Shown here in pieces: positions 37,683 through 56,046 of a stretch of DNA of 64,000 nt. Origin of the DNA: the human T2T-CHM13v2.0 reference genome, Homo sapiens; the NCBI RefSeq assembly GCF_009914755.1, contig NC_060930.1. One strand, written 5' to 3'. The translations under genes and the position numbers were made by a program. Position 1 is the stretch's first letter; the number at the start of each line of letters is the position of its first letter. The notes under the pieces are model-generated. The model was not told the origin of the DNA, did no database searches, and was given only the letters and a program-made list of their open reading frames with translations.

Positions 37683-40210
37683 GTAAGCACTGTAAGCTGG
37701 GTTGTCACCTTTCCTTGACAGGGTTTTTCCTTCCTCCATTTCCTCTGGGATTTTGGAGACAAAGCCATCTAGGGTGGCCTCCCTTAGTCCAAGGACTTTT
37801 TCCAGTGACTTGCGTGGGAAGGACTAGTCCAGCTGCCCAAGCGCGGGGTGTGGTGGGTGAGGCAAGGATTTGGGATCCTGATCCCAAGGGTCGCAGGGAG
37901 CGGCCTAAGTAAGGCCAAGAAGGAAGGATGCTGTGGAAACTGGAGCTTCGCGCTGCTGCCTCTGATTCCGCCCTTTTTTGTGGACACACGCGGGGTGGAT
38001 TTGGGATCTCCGCGCATTTGCACCTTTGTTTGCCTTTGCTTAGGGATGTTCTGGGCTTTATTTGCTCAGTCAAATGAAATCCTAGGCAGGGCTTTGAAAG
38101 CAAGTTGTCAAATCCATCTCGTAAAAGAATCCCCAGTATTCCTAGATAGGAATTCTTGCAGGCTTTAAGGATACAGCAGGAAAAAGAAAGCAAAACCGTA
38201 AAAGTCTCCAAAACTTAGTCGACTTTTTCAAAAGATTCAGTCATTTGCTTAAAATTAGTTTGCTTTTAAAAAGTTATTATTTGAGAAAAGTCGAGGTTTG
38301 AACGGCCATCAGTGGACTGATAATCGGTGTAGATTTTAATTCTTTACATTGCAGAATTGCATTGCACTAAATTCTAAAAATTTCGTCTTGCTAGGCACTG
38401 AGTATACAACAATGAAAAAGACAGTCTTACTAGTTAGAGGAACTAGTTGTTAGACATACGGTTACAATAATACATGATATCACTGGGATGTCTAGAAGGA
38501 GATGACTTAGCCCAATCTTGGAAAGTCAGGGAAATCTTCATCCCAGGGGAAATGAAGACCAAAAGAACAGCATATGCTAAGGCCCAGAGTGAGAGATAGG
38601 GTACTTTCAGGAAACGTCAGTAAGCCAAATCATGCATACTTGGCGGTGTGGGGTGGGACGGGAAGGGTGCTTTTTGTGTATTGATGCACTTAGAAGCTAC
38701 AAAGAGACAGGTATTGTGAATTCTTTACATCGTTTCTGTAAGTGAGCTATTTTTGAATAGATGCATAGTTCTGATGAATTGGTCTAATTTCAAAAGCCTT
38801 GTTACATTCTGACACTTCTAGTTTGAATCTGAATTTTAAAAAGGGAATAACTTATGAGTGTGATTGAAAAAGCAAAACAAAAACCATTCCGTTTTCATCT
38901 CCTTTTTGGGATCTTCATTCTCTATCCAGCCCATAAAGGGTCGGGTAGTTTCTTAAGGCTGGGTGCCTTTTTATGCCGTAGTTAAATATGATCTCATGTA
39001 TACCCATGGCTTCACCAACACCTATGACTCTCAAATGAATAGCTCCATTCAGCTTCACCTCTCAGCTTTCACAATATCTCTTGGATATTTCTTCTTGGAT
39101 ATCTCAAAAGCATCTCAAACTCAACATACCTAAAACCAAATGCATAGTTATCTCTTATGAATCTAATTCTTTTTCAGTGTTCCTTATTTCAGCAAAGGAC
39201 ACTACTATCCATCTACTTGTGAAAATTTGAAAGCTAAACATTATTCTTTATTTCTTCTTGCCCTTCATACTTCTATGGCCAAATTATTATGAAGTTCTGC
39301 CAACCTTATCTCTCAAAATATCCTTCAAATATATTTTTCTCTCCACCTGTCTTCAAACTGCGATAATCTCTCAAGACCACTACAGTAGCAATTATTCACA
39401 ATGACCCTCCTCCATTAGTTCTCCATTATATCTGCCAGAATGATTTTTTGAAACTGCAGATTTGATCAGATTTTCTCTTGGTTAAAACTATTCAGTGGTG
39501 TCCTACTACTGTTAAAGACAAAACTCCTTTATAAAGCCTGACATCATCTGGTACTCTTTCAGACTAACTTCATATATTGCCCTCCAGATCAGCCATACAG
39601 TCCATTTTTCAGTCATTGGTTCTCATATTCCATTTCACCCACGCGTTTACTCAACAAATCTCTGTTGAGTCCCTTTTATATAACAGGACATTGAAGATAC
39701 AGCATTGACCACAATATATAAAAATTCCTACTGTCATAGAGCTTGCATTCTACTGAGGAGAGATAATAAATAAATATGTAAAACACTTAGTAAATGAAAT
39801 GAAGACAAATGCAGTGGAGAATAAAACAACTGGGAAGGGGAATGGGGAGTGCCAGGATGTGAGGGGCAAGGTTCACTTTTAAATAAGGTTGTTAGAAAAG
39901 ACATAATCCAGAAGGGGACAATTGAGATATGAAGTAGGGGAGGGAATAAACCATGTAGATGCCTGGGCAAATAGCATTCTAATGAAGAGAATTAGTGCAA
40001 AGGCCTTGGGCAGAAGCCTGAGTGCGCATTTGAGAAATAGCAAGAAGGCTAGTGTGGCTGGAGCACAATGAGTACAAAGAGGAGAATAACATGAGGTCAC
40101 AGAGAAAGGAAGTAATGGTAGGAGAACATGTAGGTGACTGAAAGGACTAACATTTTTAATTGGGTTGGGAAAGCATTGGAGAGTTTTGCGCAGATGAGGG
40201 CATGATCTGA

Positions 40211-40552
<342 letters not shown>

Positions 40553-40899
40553 TCTTTCTTTTTTCCTGAGACAGAATCTGACTATGTCACCCAGGCTGGA
40601 GTATAGTCATAGCTCACTGCATCCTTGAACTCCTGGGCTCAAGTAATCCTCCCACCTCAGTCTCCCAGGTAGTTGGGACTACAGGCACGTGCCAACAAGC
40701 CCAGCTAATTTTGTATTTTTTCCTTTTTTTTTTTAACTGAAATTACATAACTGAGATAATTTTTGTCTTTTTGTAGAGACAGGATCTCACTGTGTTGCCC
40801 AGGCTGGTCTTGAACTCCTCAAGTGATTGCCTCAAGTGATCCTCCTGCCTCAGCCTCCCAAAGTGCTGAGATTAGAGGCATAACCCACTGCAACTGGCC
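40553..40899 (-). mobile_element. AluJ-like abutting the previous Alu
   Basis: Antisense Alu with an expanded linker and a CCTCAAGTGAT duplication. Confidence 0.88.
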
Positions 40900-41543
40900 T
40901 GAAGTGAATATTTCTTTTAAATTGTGTTGAGCATAGACCATAGGGAAGCAAGGGTGGAAGCAGAGAGACTGGTTAGGAAACTAAAGTAATAATCCAGGTG
41001 ACAGAATCTGGATACATTTTGATAGTATAGCCAACAGACTTTGCTGACAGATTGTGTGAGAGTAAGAGTCAAAAATGGCTTCAAAGTTTCTAACCTGAGT
41101 AACTAGAATGGAGGAAGTGCCATTTACTGTTATGGGAAAATCTGCAGATTTGTGAATGGGAGAGAGAGGAAAGGTTGGTATTTTAGCTTGGCCACGTTAA
41201 GTTTGAGATGCCTCTAAGAAATTCACATTGAGATGTGGAGGTGGAGGAGGCAGTTGAATAAATGAGTCCAGAAGTGAGGAGAAAGATCTGGCAATAGATA
41301 TAATTTTGGATTTTATAGTAGTGTTTTGATAGGAGTTGTTGATATCACCAAAAGTGATATTCTATGGAGTTTGGGTGGATTTGGAGTTCTCTGCAAAGGT
41401 GACTGAAGGAGCAGCCAGTGAGCAGAGAAAAACCCACTGTTCAGTAGGTGTTCTAGAAGCAAAATGAAGAAAGTAATTAAGGAGGAAGGAAAAATAAGTT
41501 ATGTTAAATGTTGCTGTAGGTCAAATGAGATGAGGATTCATAA

Positions 41544-41953
<410 letters not shown>

Positions 41954-42489
41954 AATGGGTACTTTTATTTAGTAGAGTATGGGAGACAGCGAGTATGGAT
42001 GCAGCACTCTTTTACTGTGTTCTTTGTCCAGATTGTTCTAGCCTGTCTTTAACTCCTCTTCTTGCAGGTCTTTGCTCAAATAATCATTTTCTCAGAGGTG
42101 TCCCTGATCTAATTAAATACTCTTCTTGTAAATAGACCTATTGCACCGTAAACCTTGAGTTGCTCTTATGTTACCAATTAGTTTTGCAGTTGTGCCATGA
42201 TTTGATTAAAGTGTGTTTATTTCAGTAGAGCTTAAGCACACAAGAGGAACTACTGTGCTTGTTTTTGTTGATCATCTTATCTCTACCTCTGAGTACAGTG
42301 CCTGGTACCTAGTACAAACTTAATAAATGTGTGACGCAAGAATAAAGGAATGAATGAATGGAAGAATGATATAATGCCACAGAACTTTCAAAGGTATGGC
42401 ATATTTATCTATCATTTACAAAAACACAAAGTAATTAATGGATGGACGAGGGTACATTATAATAAAAACATTTTAGAAAGTTCGTCCTA

Positions 42490-42817
<328 letters not shown>

Positions 42818-42932
42818 TTACAGAATCTGTAGCCTAGGAAATGTAATTACTGGTCACATAAAATTTTATTTAATGTGATACAGTTTCACATTGTTTAATT
42901 CAGAGTTCTTATATTCATAATGTCTGCTTTTT

Positions 42933-43270
<338 letters not shown>

Positions 43271-43718
43271 TTATGGAATTTAGAAGAACTTCTTTAGATC
43301 AGTAAATTTTCACAGTTACATTTTAGAAGAGTAATTAATTAGGGAACAGATATTGAGAGGTTTTGCTAACTTTGGTCATGGACCATGGAATCATGCAGTA
43401 TGTTGCCTTTTAGACTGGCTCCTTTACTTAGCAATGTGCATTTATAGTTATTTTATGTCTTTATATGTATGGCTTGGGAGCTCATTTGTTTTTATCACTG
43501 AAAAATAATCCATTGTATGGATATATCACAGTTTGCTTATTCACCTTTTGAAGGACATCTTAGTTGCTTCCAGTTTTTATCAATTATGAATAAAGTGTCC
43601 TAAAAATTTATGTGCAGGCTTTTTCTGGGCAAAAAATTTTTAACTCATCTAGGAATATGATTGCTGGATCTCAGGTAACCCTATGTTTAGCTTTGTAAGA
43701 AACTCACAGCTGTTTTTC

Positions 43719-44026
43719 TTTTTCTTTTTTCTTTTTTTTTTTTTTTGAGACGGAGTCTCACTCTTTCGCACAGGCTGGACTGCAGTGGCGCCATCTCGGC
43801 TCACTGCAAACTCCGCTGCCGGGTTCACGCCATTCTCCTGCCTCAGCCTCCTGAGTAGCTGGGATTACAGGCGCCCGCCACCGCGCCCGGCTAATGTTTT
43901 GTATTTTTAGTAGAGACGGGGTTTCACCGTGTTAGCCAAGATGGTCTCGATCTCCTGATCTCGTGATCCGCCCGCCTCGGCCTCCCAAAGTGCTGGGATT
44001 ATAGGCGTGAGCCACCGCGCCCAGCC
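43719..44026 (-). mobile_element. AluY
   Basis: CpG-rich; GGGTTCACGCCATTCTCC and CACCGTGTTAGCC; TSD ACAGCTGTTTTTC. Confidence 0.95.
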
Positions 44027-44309
44027 ATACAGCTGTTTTTCAAAGCAGCAGTACCATTTTCTATTTCCCACCAATGAATGAGAGTTCCTGTTGCGCCCCA
44101 CCTTTGCCAGGATTTGGTGGTATCAGTGTTTTGGACTTTAGCTGTTCTAATAGGTATGTAATGGTATCTCATTATTGTTTTAATTGGTGATTCCCCAATG
44201 ACATATGTTGAGCATCTTTTCATACGCCTATTTGCTGCCTGTGTATCATGTTTGGTGAGGTGTCTTTTCAGATCTTTTGTCCATTTTTAAATTATTATTA
44301 CTGTTGAGT

Positions 44310-44467
44310 GTTTTTGTTTTTTAGAGGCAGGGTCTCCCTAGGTCACCCAGGTTGGAGTGCAGTGTTGCTTTCATAGATCACTGTAACCTCAAACCCCTTG
44401 GCTCAAGCAGTCCTGCCTCAGCCTCCGAAGTAGCTAGAACTACAGGCATGCACCTCCACGCTCAGCT
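44310..44467 (-). mobile_element. Alu monomer (FRAM-like)
   Basis: Single antisense arm; TSD TTACTRTTGAGT. Confidence 0.85.
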
Positions 44468-46199
44468 TACTATTGAGTTTTAAGAGTGCTTTGTATATTT
44501 TGGACACACAAGTCCTATATCAGACCTGCATTTTGTAAATATTTTCTCCAAGTCTGTGGCTTGTCTGTTCATTCTTTAATAGTGTCTTTTGCAAAGCAGA
44601 AATTTTTAATTTTAGTGAAGTCCAGCTTTCATGTATCATGCTTTTCGTGTTGTAGCTAAAAAGTCATTGCCATACCCAGGGTCATGTAGATTTTCTCCTG
44701 TCTTCCAGAACTTTTACAGCTTTGTGTTTTGCATATAGGTTTATGATCCATTTTTTAGTTTTTTTTTTGTAAAAGGTATAAGGTCTGTGCCTAGATTTAT
44801 GTTTTTATTAAAAAGTTTCTGCTGGATCTGAAATTATTATTTTGATCAATAATATTAAAAGGTGAAAAACTTTTTTTTAAAGACCATTATACTGAATCTG
44901 TACAACTATATTGGTGCCATTCTTCAAAACTGTTCCTTGAGAGAGAGACCTGAAGTCAGCCTAAAGATGAGGCCAGGGAGAACTTTATCTGGAATGTATC
45001 AGGAAACCGGACTAACAGTTCCATTTTAGTTATCTGTTGTCAGCATGTGCAGTTGGCTGAGTGCTGTAAGTGAAAATTGTTAGGAAGACTTTCTACAATT
45101 AAGAATATTATTCTCCAATTGAATTACCTTGTTACTTGTCTACATTGCTGGTTTTTGTTTTTGTTTTTTTGCTACTTTTTTGCCTAGTCTTACAAGGTTG
45201 CAAAAATCAACCTGTGATTTTTCCACAATAGTTTGACCCTTCTCTACAATGAAACACTGAAGCCATGTAAACTTAAAATATCTCTTTCTATGATAACTGA
45301 CTTCAACTTAAGTTTTTAAAGGAAATTATACTAATTATTTACTGTATAGTAGCATAAGCAGTTTTGCCTCTAAATGCTTCCTTAGTTTTTCTTTTGGCTT
45401 GTTGAAAAATGTCTTGTCAACCAAGTACTATATGTGTACTTTTATGTGTGGGGTATATGTGTATTGCCCAAATGAATCATAAAGGCTCTTAATTTGAATC
45501 TGTATATTTTATTTTTAAGTTTTCCTTAACAAGGTCGATTTGAATTCCTTAACAAGATTGATTTGAATGATATTCTTTTCAGCCCTTCAAAAACATATTT
45601 TCTGAAACACTGTCATACATACTATTCTCAGAATACCATGCCCCTTTTTTCTATGTTATTTTGGTTCCATCTTTCAGGAATAAATGAGTAAACCACTTAA
45701 ATCAAGTTTACTCTTCAGTATTTTCTCCAGTTTTTCTGTTTTTGGTGTCTCCAAATTTACTATAGTATGCTTTGAATGACTAAATCTCTAGTATTTCTGA
45801 CATATATTAATGGATAGATTTTTAAAAACCAATAATTGTTGAATCTATTTTCATTTTGCTCTTCTTGAAAGATTTGTGAGCGAGCTCTAGCAATATACGC
45901 AACATACAATATGAATTTTATAAACCAGTCTCACTACTGATTTTATTCTTATTTTTCTACTTATTTTCCTTATCCACATTTTACATGAATATATACATAT
46001 ATAGGGGTAAGATATTAAAATTATATGTCATTTTTAAAAGCATTACATATTTCAAACAAAAAATAAGAGTAACAAAATAAATACCCTTTTAAACTACCCC
46101 TTGGAATGAACAAATGTTAACATTTTACCTAGTTTGCTTTAGTTTTTGTTTTTTTTTTTTTCAATGAAATGAAATATCACATAGGTTGTGAAAGTGCTC

Positions 46200-47760
46200 T
46201 TGGCACAGTCATATATTGTCTTTGTCTTTTAAAAAAATGTTACATAGAAGATATCTTACTATCTGTAACTTACTTTCTGTTTTACTCAACAATATATTTT
46301 CAGAGCTTATCTGTGTTGCTAAATGTAGATCTTGTTTTCAAATTTTAGCTGGTGTATAGTGTTTCATTGTATGAATATGATACAACTTATTTATCCAGTC
46401 CCTATTAATGTATATTTATTTAAAAAAAAAATTTTTTTCTGTTGCAATCAGTGCAGCAGTGAACATCATTATACATATGTCCAGATATGTGCCATTTTCT
46501 CTAGGGTTCACTCATAAATTCGGAGAAGTGGAATTGCTGAGTTATAGGATATACACAGGATCACATTTTTCAAGTTATGTTTTGTTTTACCAGTTTACAC
46601 TCCCACTGGCAGTTCATGGGAATTTTCATTTCCCCACATCCTTGACAAAACTTAATATTGATAGGCGTGTTTTTTTGTTTGTTTTTTGTTTGTTTGTTTT
46701 GTTTTGTGAGACAGAATCCCACTCTGTTGCCCAGACCAGAGTGCAGTGGCACAATCACAGCCCACTGCAAGCCTCAACCTCCCGGGCTCAAACGATCCTC
46801 CCACCTCTGCCCTACAAGTAGCTGGGAACACATGTGTGTGCCACCACACCCAGCTAATTAAAAAATTTTTTTTTTGTAGAGACAGGGTCTCACAGTATTG
46901 CCCAGGCTGATCTTGAACTCCTGGGCTCAAGAAGTCCTCCCACCTCAGCCTCCCAAAGTGCTAGGATTACAGACATGAGCCACTGCACTGGGTCCTGATA
47001 GGCTTCTTTTAAAATTTTTTTCAATCTAATGGGTGTAAAATAATTTCTGTATTGTTTAAATTTGCATTTTCCTGATCAATGAAGTAGAACGTTTTTGTCC
47101 TTTTAGCTATTCGTGTTTTCTTGTCTTTTAACTTCCATTGTACCTTTTGTTCCTTTGTTAATTGACCTTTGTGTTTTTCTTAATAATTTATAGGATAGAA
47201 CTTGTTTCTGTATTTCAGATACTAATCTTTTATGTTATATATGTTTCTTTTTTAAAGATATCATCAATGATGTTTTTTGTTATACAGACATTTTAATTTT
47301 TATATAGTTTTATCATTTTTTCTTTTTTATTTGTAAATTGTCTTGTTTTAAGAAATCTCTTCTTACCCAAAGTCTGAAACGTACTCTATATTTTCTTCTA
47401 AAACAAAGGTTTGTTGTTCACGTATAGATGTTCAGTCTAGCTAGAATTTATTTTTGTGTTTGGCATGGAGTAGAGATATATGTTTATATTTTACCGTGTG
47501 GATAGCACTGTATAGTGAATATTGGCATAGTGAATATTGAATAGCCAATCCTTTCTCCATGTAAATGCCCTCTTTTTCATATACCAAATTCCCACATATG
47601 TAAAAGTTTATTTACTCTCTTTTCTTTTGTATCAGTCCCTTTTGTCTCACCTCAGGCCTATACCACTATTTTAATGACTGAAGTACCATAATCAGTCTTA
47701 ATAACTAGAAAAACAGTACCATCTTTTTGTTCTTTTTCACAGTGCCCTTACAAATTTTTA
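46200..47760 (-). mobile_element. Ancient L1ME-like fragment
   Basis: T-rich antisense L1 3' sequence (GTGGAATTGCTGAGTTATAGG; CAGTTTACACTCCCACTGGCAG). Confidence 0.6.
46670..46994 (-). mobile_element. AluJ-like
   Basis: Antisense Alu; TSD TGATAGGC. Confidence 0.92.
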
Positions 47761-47851
47761 TTTGCCATTATCCCTATGATTCATATAGTTTCTGATGCTA
47801 TAGTGCACATGTATGTTTTGAAATTACATTTTCTAGATAGATTATCTAGAT

Positions 47852-48380
47852 TAGGGATCCCCAACCCTCGGGCCATGGACTGGTACGGGTTCGTGGCCTG
47901 TTAAGAACGAGACCACACAGCAGGGGTGAGCAACAGGTGAACAAGTGAAGCTTCATCTGTATTTACAGCTGCTCTCCATTGCTTGCATTACCCCCAGAGC
48001 TCCGCCTCCTGTCAGATCAGCAGTAGCATTCTCACAGGATCACAAACCCTCTTGCAAACTGTGCATGTGAGAGATCTAGGTTGCACACTCCTTATGAGAA
48101 TCTAAAGCCTAATGATCTGTCACTGTCTCTCATCACCCCTAGATGGGACTGTCTAGTTGCAAAAACAAGCTCAGGGATCCCACTGATTCTACTTTACGGT
48201 GAGTTGTATAATTATTTCATTATGTATCACAATGTAATAATAATAGAAATAAAGTTCACAATAAATGAAATGGGCTTGAATCATCCTGAAACCATCCCAT
48301 CCCCACCCCTAACCCAGGTCCGTGGAAAAATCGTCTTTCATGAAACCTGTCCCTGGTACCAAAAAGATTGGGGACCACTG
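47852..48380 (+). mobile_element. MER1A-like hAT-Charlie element
   Basis: TIRs TAGGGATCCCCAACC...GATTGGGGACCACTG; perfect 8-bp TSD ATCTAGAT (47844-47851, 48381-48388). Confidence 0.85.
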
Positions 48381-48755
48381 ATCTAGATTATCTTGGGTTG
48401 TTCTATATAGAAAATCATATTTCCTACAGATAACAATTTTTATACTCTTATACATCTTATTTTCTTTTTCTGTTTTGTCCCTTTGTCAGGATCTCCAATT
48501 CATTATTAAATAATACTACTGATAGTGGGTATCCTTGTTGTCAGTGTTTTTAGTGTCAGATGTGGACCTTTTTCTTGAAACTCAATACTTTTCATTTATT
48601 TTAATTAGTATTCCATTTATTAAAGTTGTCATTTTTTATATGCAGTTTTCCCTAAGACTTTGAGTTTAACTTACAAGTTGTACTACATCTATTTTAAGTA
48701 TAGTAGTTTTTGCAAGGAAATAAGGACTTTGGCTTTTTTAAAATTAATGTTCAAG

Positions 48756-49040
48756 ACCAGGCATGATAGCTCATGCCTGTAATCCCAGCACTTTGGGAGG
48801 CTGAGGCTGGTGGATCACTTGAGGTCAGGAGTTCAAGATCAGCCTAAGCCAACATGGTGAAACCCCCCTGTCTCTACTAAAAATACAAAAAAAGAAAATT
48901 AGCATGGCATGATGGCACACACCTGTAATCCCAGCTACTCAGGAGGCTGAGGCGGGAAAATTTCTTGAACTCAGGAGGTAAAGGTTGCAGTGAGCTGAAA
49001 TCGCACCACTTCACTCCAACTTAGGTGACAGAGTGAGACT
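48756..49040 (+). mobile_element. AluS
   Basis: Full Alu; TSD AAAATTAATGTT. Confidence 0.93.
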
Positions 49041-49759
49041 CTATCTCAAAAAACTAACGAAATAAAATTAATGTTTGGTTAACATGTACGTATAAAAGAT
49101 AAAATTCTCCTTAAATATGTAATAGTATTTACAAACAAATTTCTTATACGTTTCAAACTACAATTTTCAATTTAGTCTATCATTTTATCAGATACTTAAG
49201 CAATTATCAAAACAGACCCTCAATTCTAATAAGCAGTATCTTCCTAAGTAAGCAACTTTTGTGAACCTAATAAATTAGACTTATATTTTTAAATAAATCT
49301 GATTTTCTTAATCATTTTAAACATTTAAAAAATCCAACCATGATTCACGAATTCTGGCTTGAATTTTCTCTCTGTTTTTAGCATCTGGGCATTTCCCCTT
49401 TTTCTTTTGAGCTTGGCTATATATTTTTTTAAAGTTATGTATCATCTAATACTTTTGTGTGTAGGTTAGAGGAGAGTTTTCTCTTTCATATTAATCAGAA
49501 CTTTTTATATTTTCCTTCTTATTACATATAATTTTATAAGTTGCTTAATAGTCTTTCTAAAGCCTGAAAAACATGCGTTTCAGATACCTGTTAAATAATG
49601 CAAATTATGGATTCTTTTTATTTTTAAAAATCTAGACTTAATGGTTGTCTAAATAAGAGCATTAAGGTATTCATAAGGGAATTCACAGAGAAGACAAAAC
49701 TTAATTGTTACCCCAGGTTTAGAACTCAAGAATTTGGCAAAAGCTTCAGTAAAAGTTCA

Positions 49760-50098
<339 letters not shown>

Positions 50099-50349
50099 TT
50101 AATAGAATTTTAGAAATGTATGAAAACCTCAAAATTAAGTTATTCATTTTGTTTAATTCATAAATATATAAAGTTATGGAGAAGTTAAGCTACTAATTAG
50201 GACAAGATCCCAGAACTAGTTAGAAACTAGTGTTGTCCACACCAGTGAATCTAAATGTAATGCCCCACCAGTAAGCAGTAGTGTTCTGGAGGAGTCTCTG
50301 ACACCAAAGCTTATAAGGACTACAATATTTAATGTTCTACATTTTTCTC

Positions 50350-50622
50350 TTTTTTTTTTTTTTTTGAGATAGAGTTTCACTCTCGTCACCCAGGGTGGAG
50401 TGCAGTGGCGCGATCTCAGCTCACTGCAACCTCTGCCTCCAGTGTTCAAGTGATTCTCCTGCCTCACCTGCCACCACGCCCTGCTAATTTTGTATTTTTA
50501 GCAGAGACAGGGTTTCACTATTTTGGCCAGGCTGGTCTCGAACTCCTGAACTCCAGTGATCCACCTGTCTCAGCCTCCCAAAGTACTGGGATTACAGGCG
50601 TGTAATCCCACCACAGCCAGCC
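50350..50622 (-). mobile_element. AluS with an internal deletion
   Basis: Antisense Alu lacking the GCCTCCCGAGTAGCTGGGATTACAGG segment near 50466. Confidence 0.9.
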
Positions 50623-51649
50623 CCATTTTTCTTATTTTGTTTGACTTAATTGCATTTTCCTACATTCCTCTGTTCAAAAAGGGGTAGATGATACCTGTGA
50701 GACCTTGTGCTGTGATTTTTTTGGCCTTTATTAATTTAGAAAATACGAGAGACAAATTCTATTTCTTGTTCCAAAATAAATTCATGCAAATTGTTTGAAT
50801 TCTGTTACTCAATTTTACCATCTCATTTATGAGCCCTCCTTATTTCTTGAATTAAAAAAGGCGAAGGATTTATATGCTCTGAAGAGAAACCACAGTATTG
50901 TTTCATGAATTATATTAACAAGAAGATGTTATAGCATCTACTGAATGATTTGGCTATATCATGATTCTGTTAAGTACTTTTGAAGGTACACTAACTTCGC
51001 AATTTTTATGTGCCATTCCATCAGATATACCAGACTGATTATTTACTAAATCAAGTGAACTTAAATACACAAATGCTAGAATTCGTAACTTGTTTTTAAT
51101 AGGAGAGTCTCTTTCTCTTCCTTTACTCTCCCACACTAGAAATACAAATTTCTAACAAGGATGTTGTGGACAATTTGCTCTTCGTTATTTCTATTATCAG
51201 TTGTTATTTCTTGTTATCAATTACATGTCTCATAATATCTCAATAGTAGTCTCCTGTGTAGAGCTGCTTTGATGATTATGTATATAAACATTATAGACAT
51301 TACTTGAAGTCTGTTCTGTGGAATGCTAATCTCTTAAGAGTATTCACCAAAAAGGTTTCTGTTGTACATAAATTTGGAAAATGCATGCTTCATCTTCATT
51401 TTGGAAATTTACAATGATAGTAGCATATTAAAGATACTGACAAGACTTGCAGGTAAAGAAGGTTAATTTTGTTTTACCAATTTCCTGAAAGTTATTTGCC
51501 AGGAAATTCATTTAATTTAGGGAGTAATTTCAATTAACATCCTTTGAAACCAGTGTTCCATAGAGCAAGTCTTGGTAAATACTGTTTAAAAGTATGAATC
51601 TTTAGTGGGTTGTAGATCTATAACATTTAAATATTAGAATGAAAAGTAT

Positions 51650-55326
<3,677 letters not shown>

Positions 55327-56046
55327 TATCTTTATTTCTTTAAGCCAATTTATCTTCATAATTTTCTTTGTAACATGGATCGTCCCCTCTTCCCCTAACT
55401 TTTCCCCTCTTCCGGAGAAAAGCCCATGTCCTCCTCAGATCAAAATTTTTGTGTTCATTTACTCGTTTACCTCATTTTATTGAGCCCCTGTGAACACATC
55501 CGAGAGATACATGATGAATAAAATACAGTTCTCTCTCTTGAAGATCTAATACACTGATTTGATGGAGGAGGGGAGCCACCTATACAGGATACCCCCTCAT
55601 ATCTTTACTCATCATGACTTTGCATTTACCTATTTAATAGCATCAGAAAAATGCTCTCAATATATATTTTTGTAAAGACTTCTTCATTAAATCTATGATG
55701 TCAAAGATTATAAGTCACAGCATTATTTTATGTATCACAAAGAAAAACTGCTGCCAAATATAGTTTAAATGTGAATCCTGATTTTGGAGATGTTAAATGT
55801 GAAAAAATGTATGTATTAACATACAGTAGTAAATATTTATTAAATATTAGATGTATTTTGTTGTATGTATTTCTATTACATTAATTGAATTTAGTTACCA
55901 AATGCTTATTAAATGACTGCCATGTTAAAAAGTCCAGTGTAATAGAATAATGAATAAGATGTTGTCCCTGCTCTTAAGGAAGTATAAAGGAAGGCAAATG
56001 GGTACAGACATTGCTAGAATAAAGCTTTGTTTGCCATATTGTTAAA

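Larger units (their letters stand above)
36450..38020. promoter_or_regulatory. CpG island / bidirectional promoter (SESN1 minus, divergent gene plus)
   Basis: Abrupt GC- and CpG-rich block in AT-rich surroundings. GC boxes (CCCCGCCC at ~36652, ~37124, ~37172), ACGCATGCGT, ZNF143 motifs and outward-facing splice donors on both strands. Confidence 0.92.
43390..44800 (-). mobile_element. Old L1M (L1MB-like) 3' region interrupted by Alus
   Basis: Antisense ORF2 C-terminal remnant (MKRCST...TIMRYHYIPIRTAK in the ORF track). Confidence 0.75.

Noticed and set aside
36319-38211. Many long overlapping ORFs (up to 281 aa) on both strands
   Set aside because: They are confined to the CpG island where stop codons are rare, are Pro/Ala/Gly/Arg-rich, often start at non-ATG codons and show no recognisable domain.
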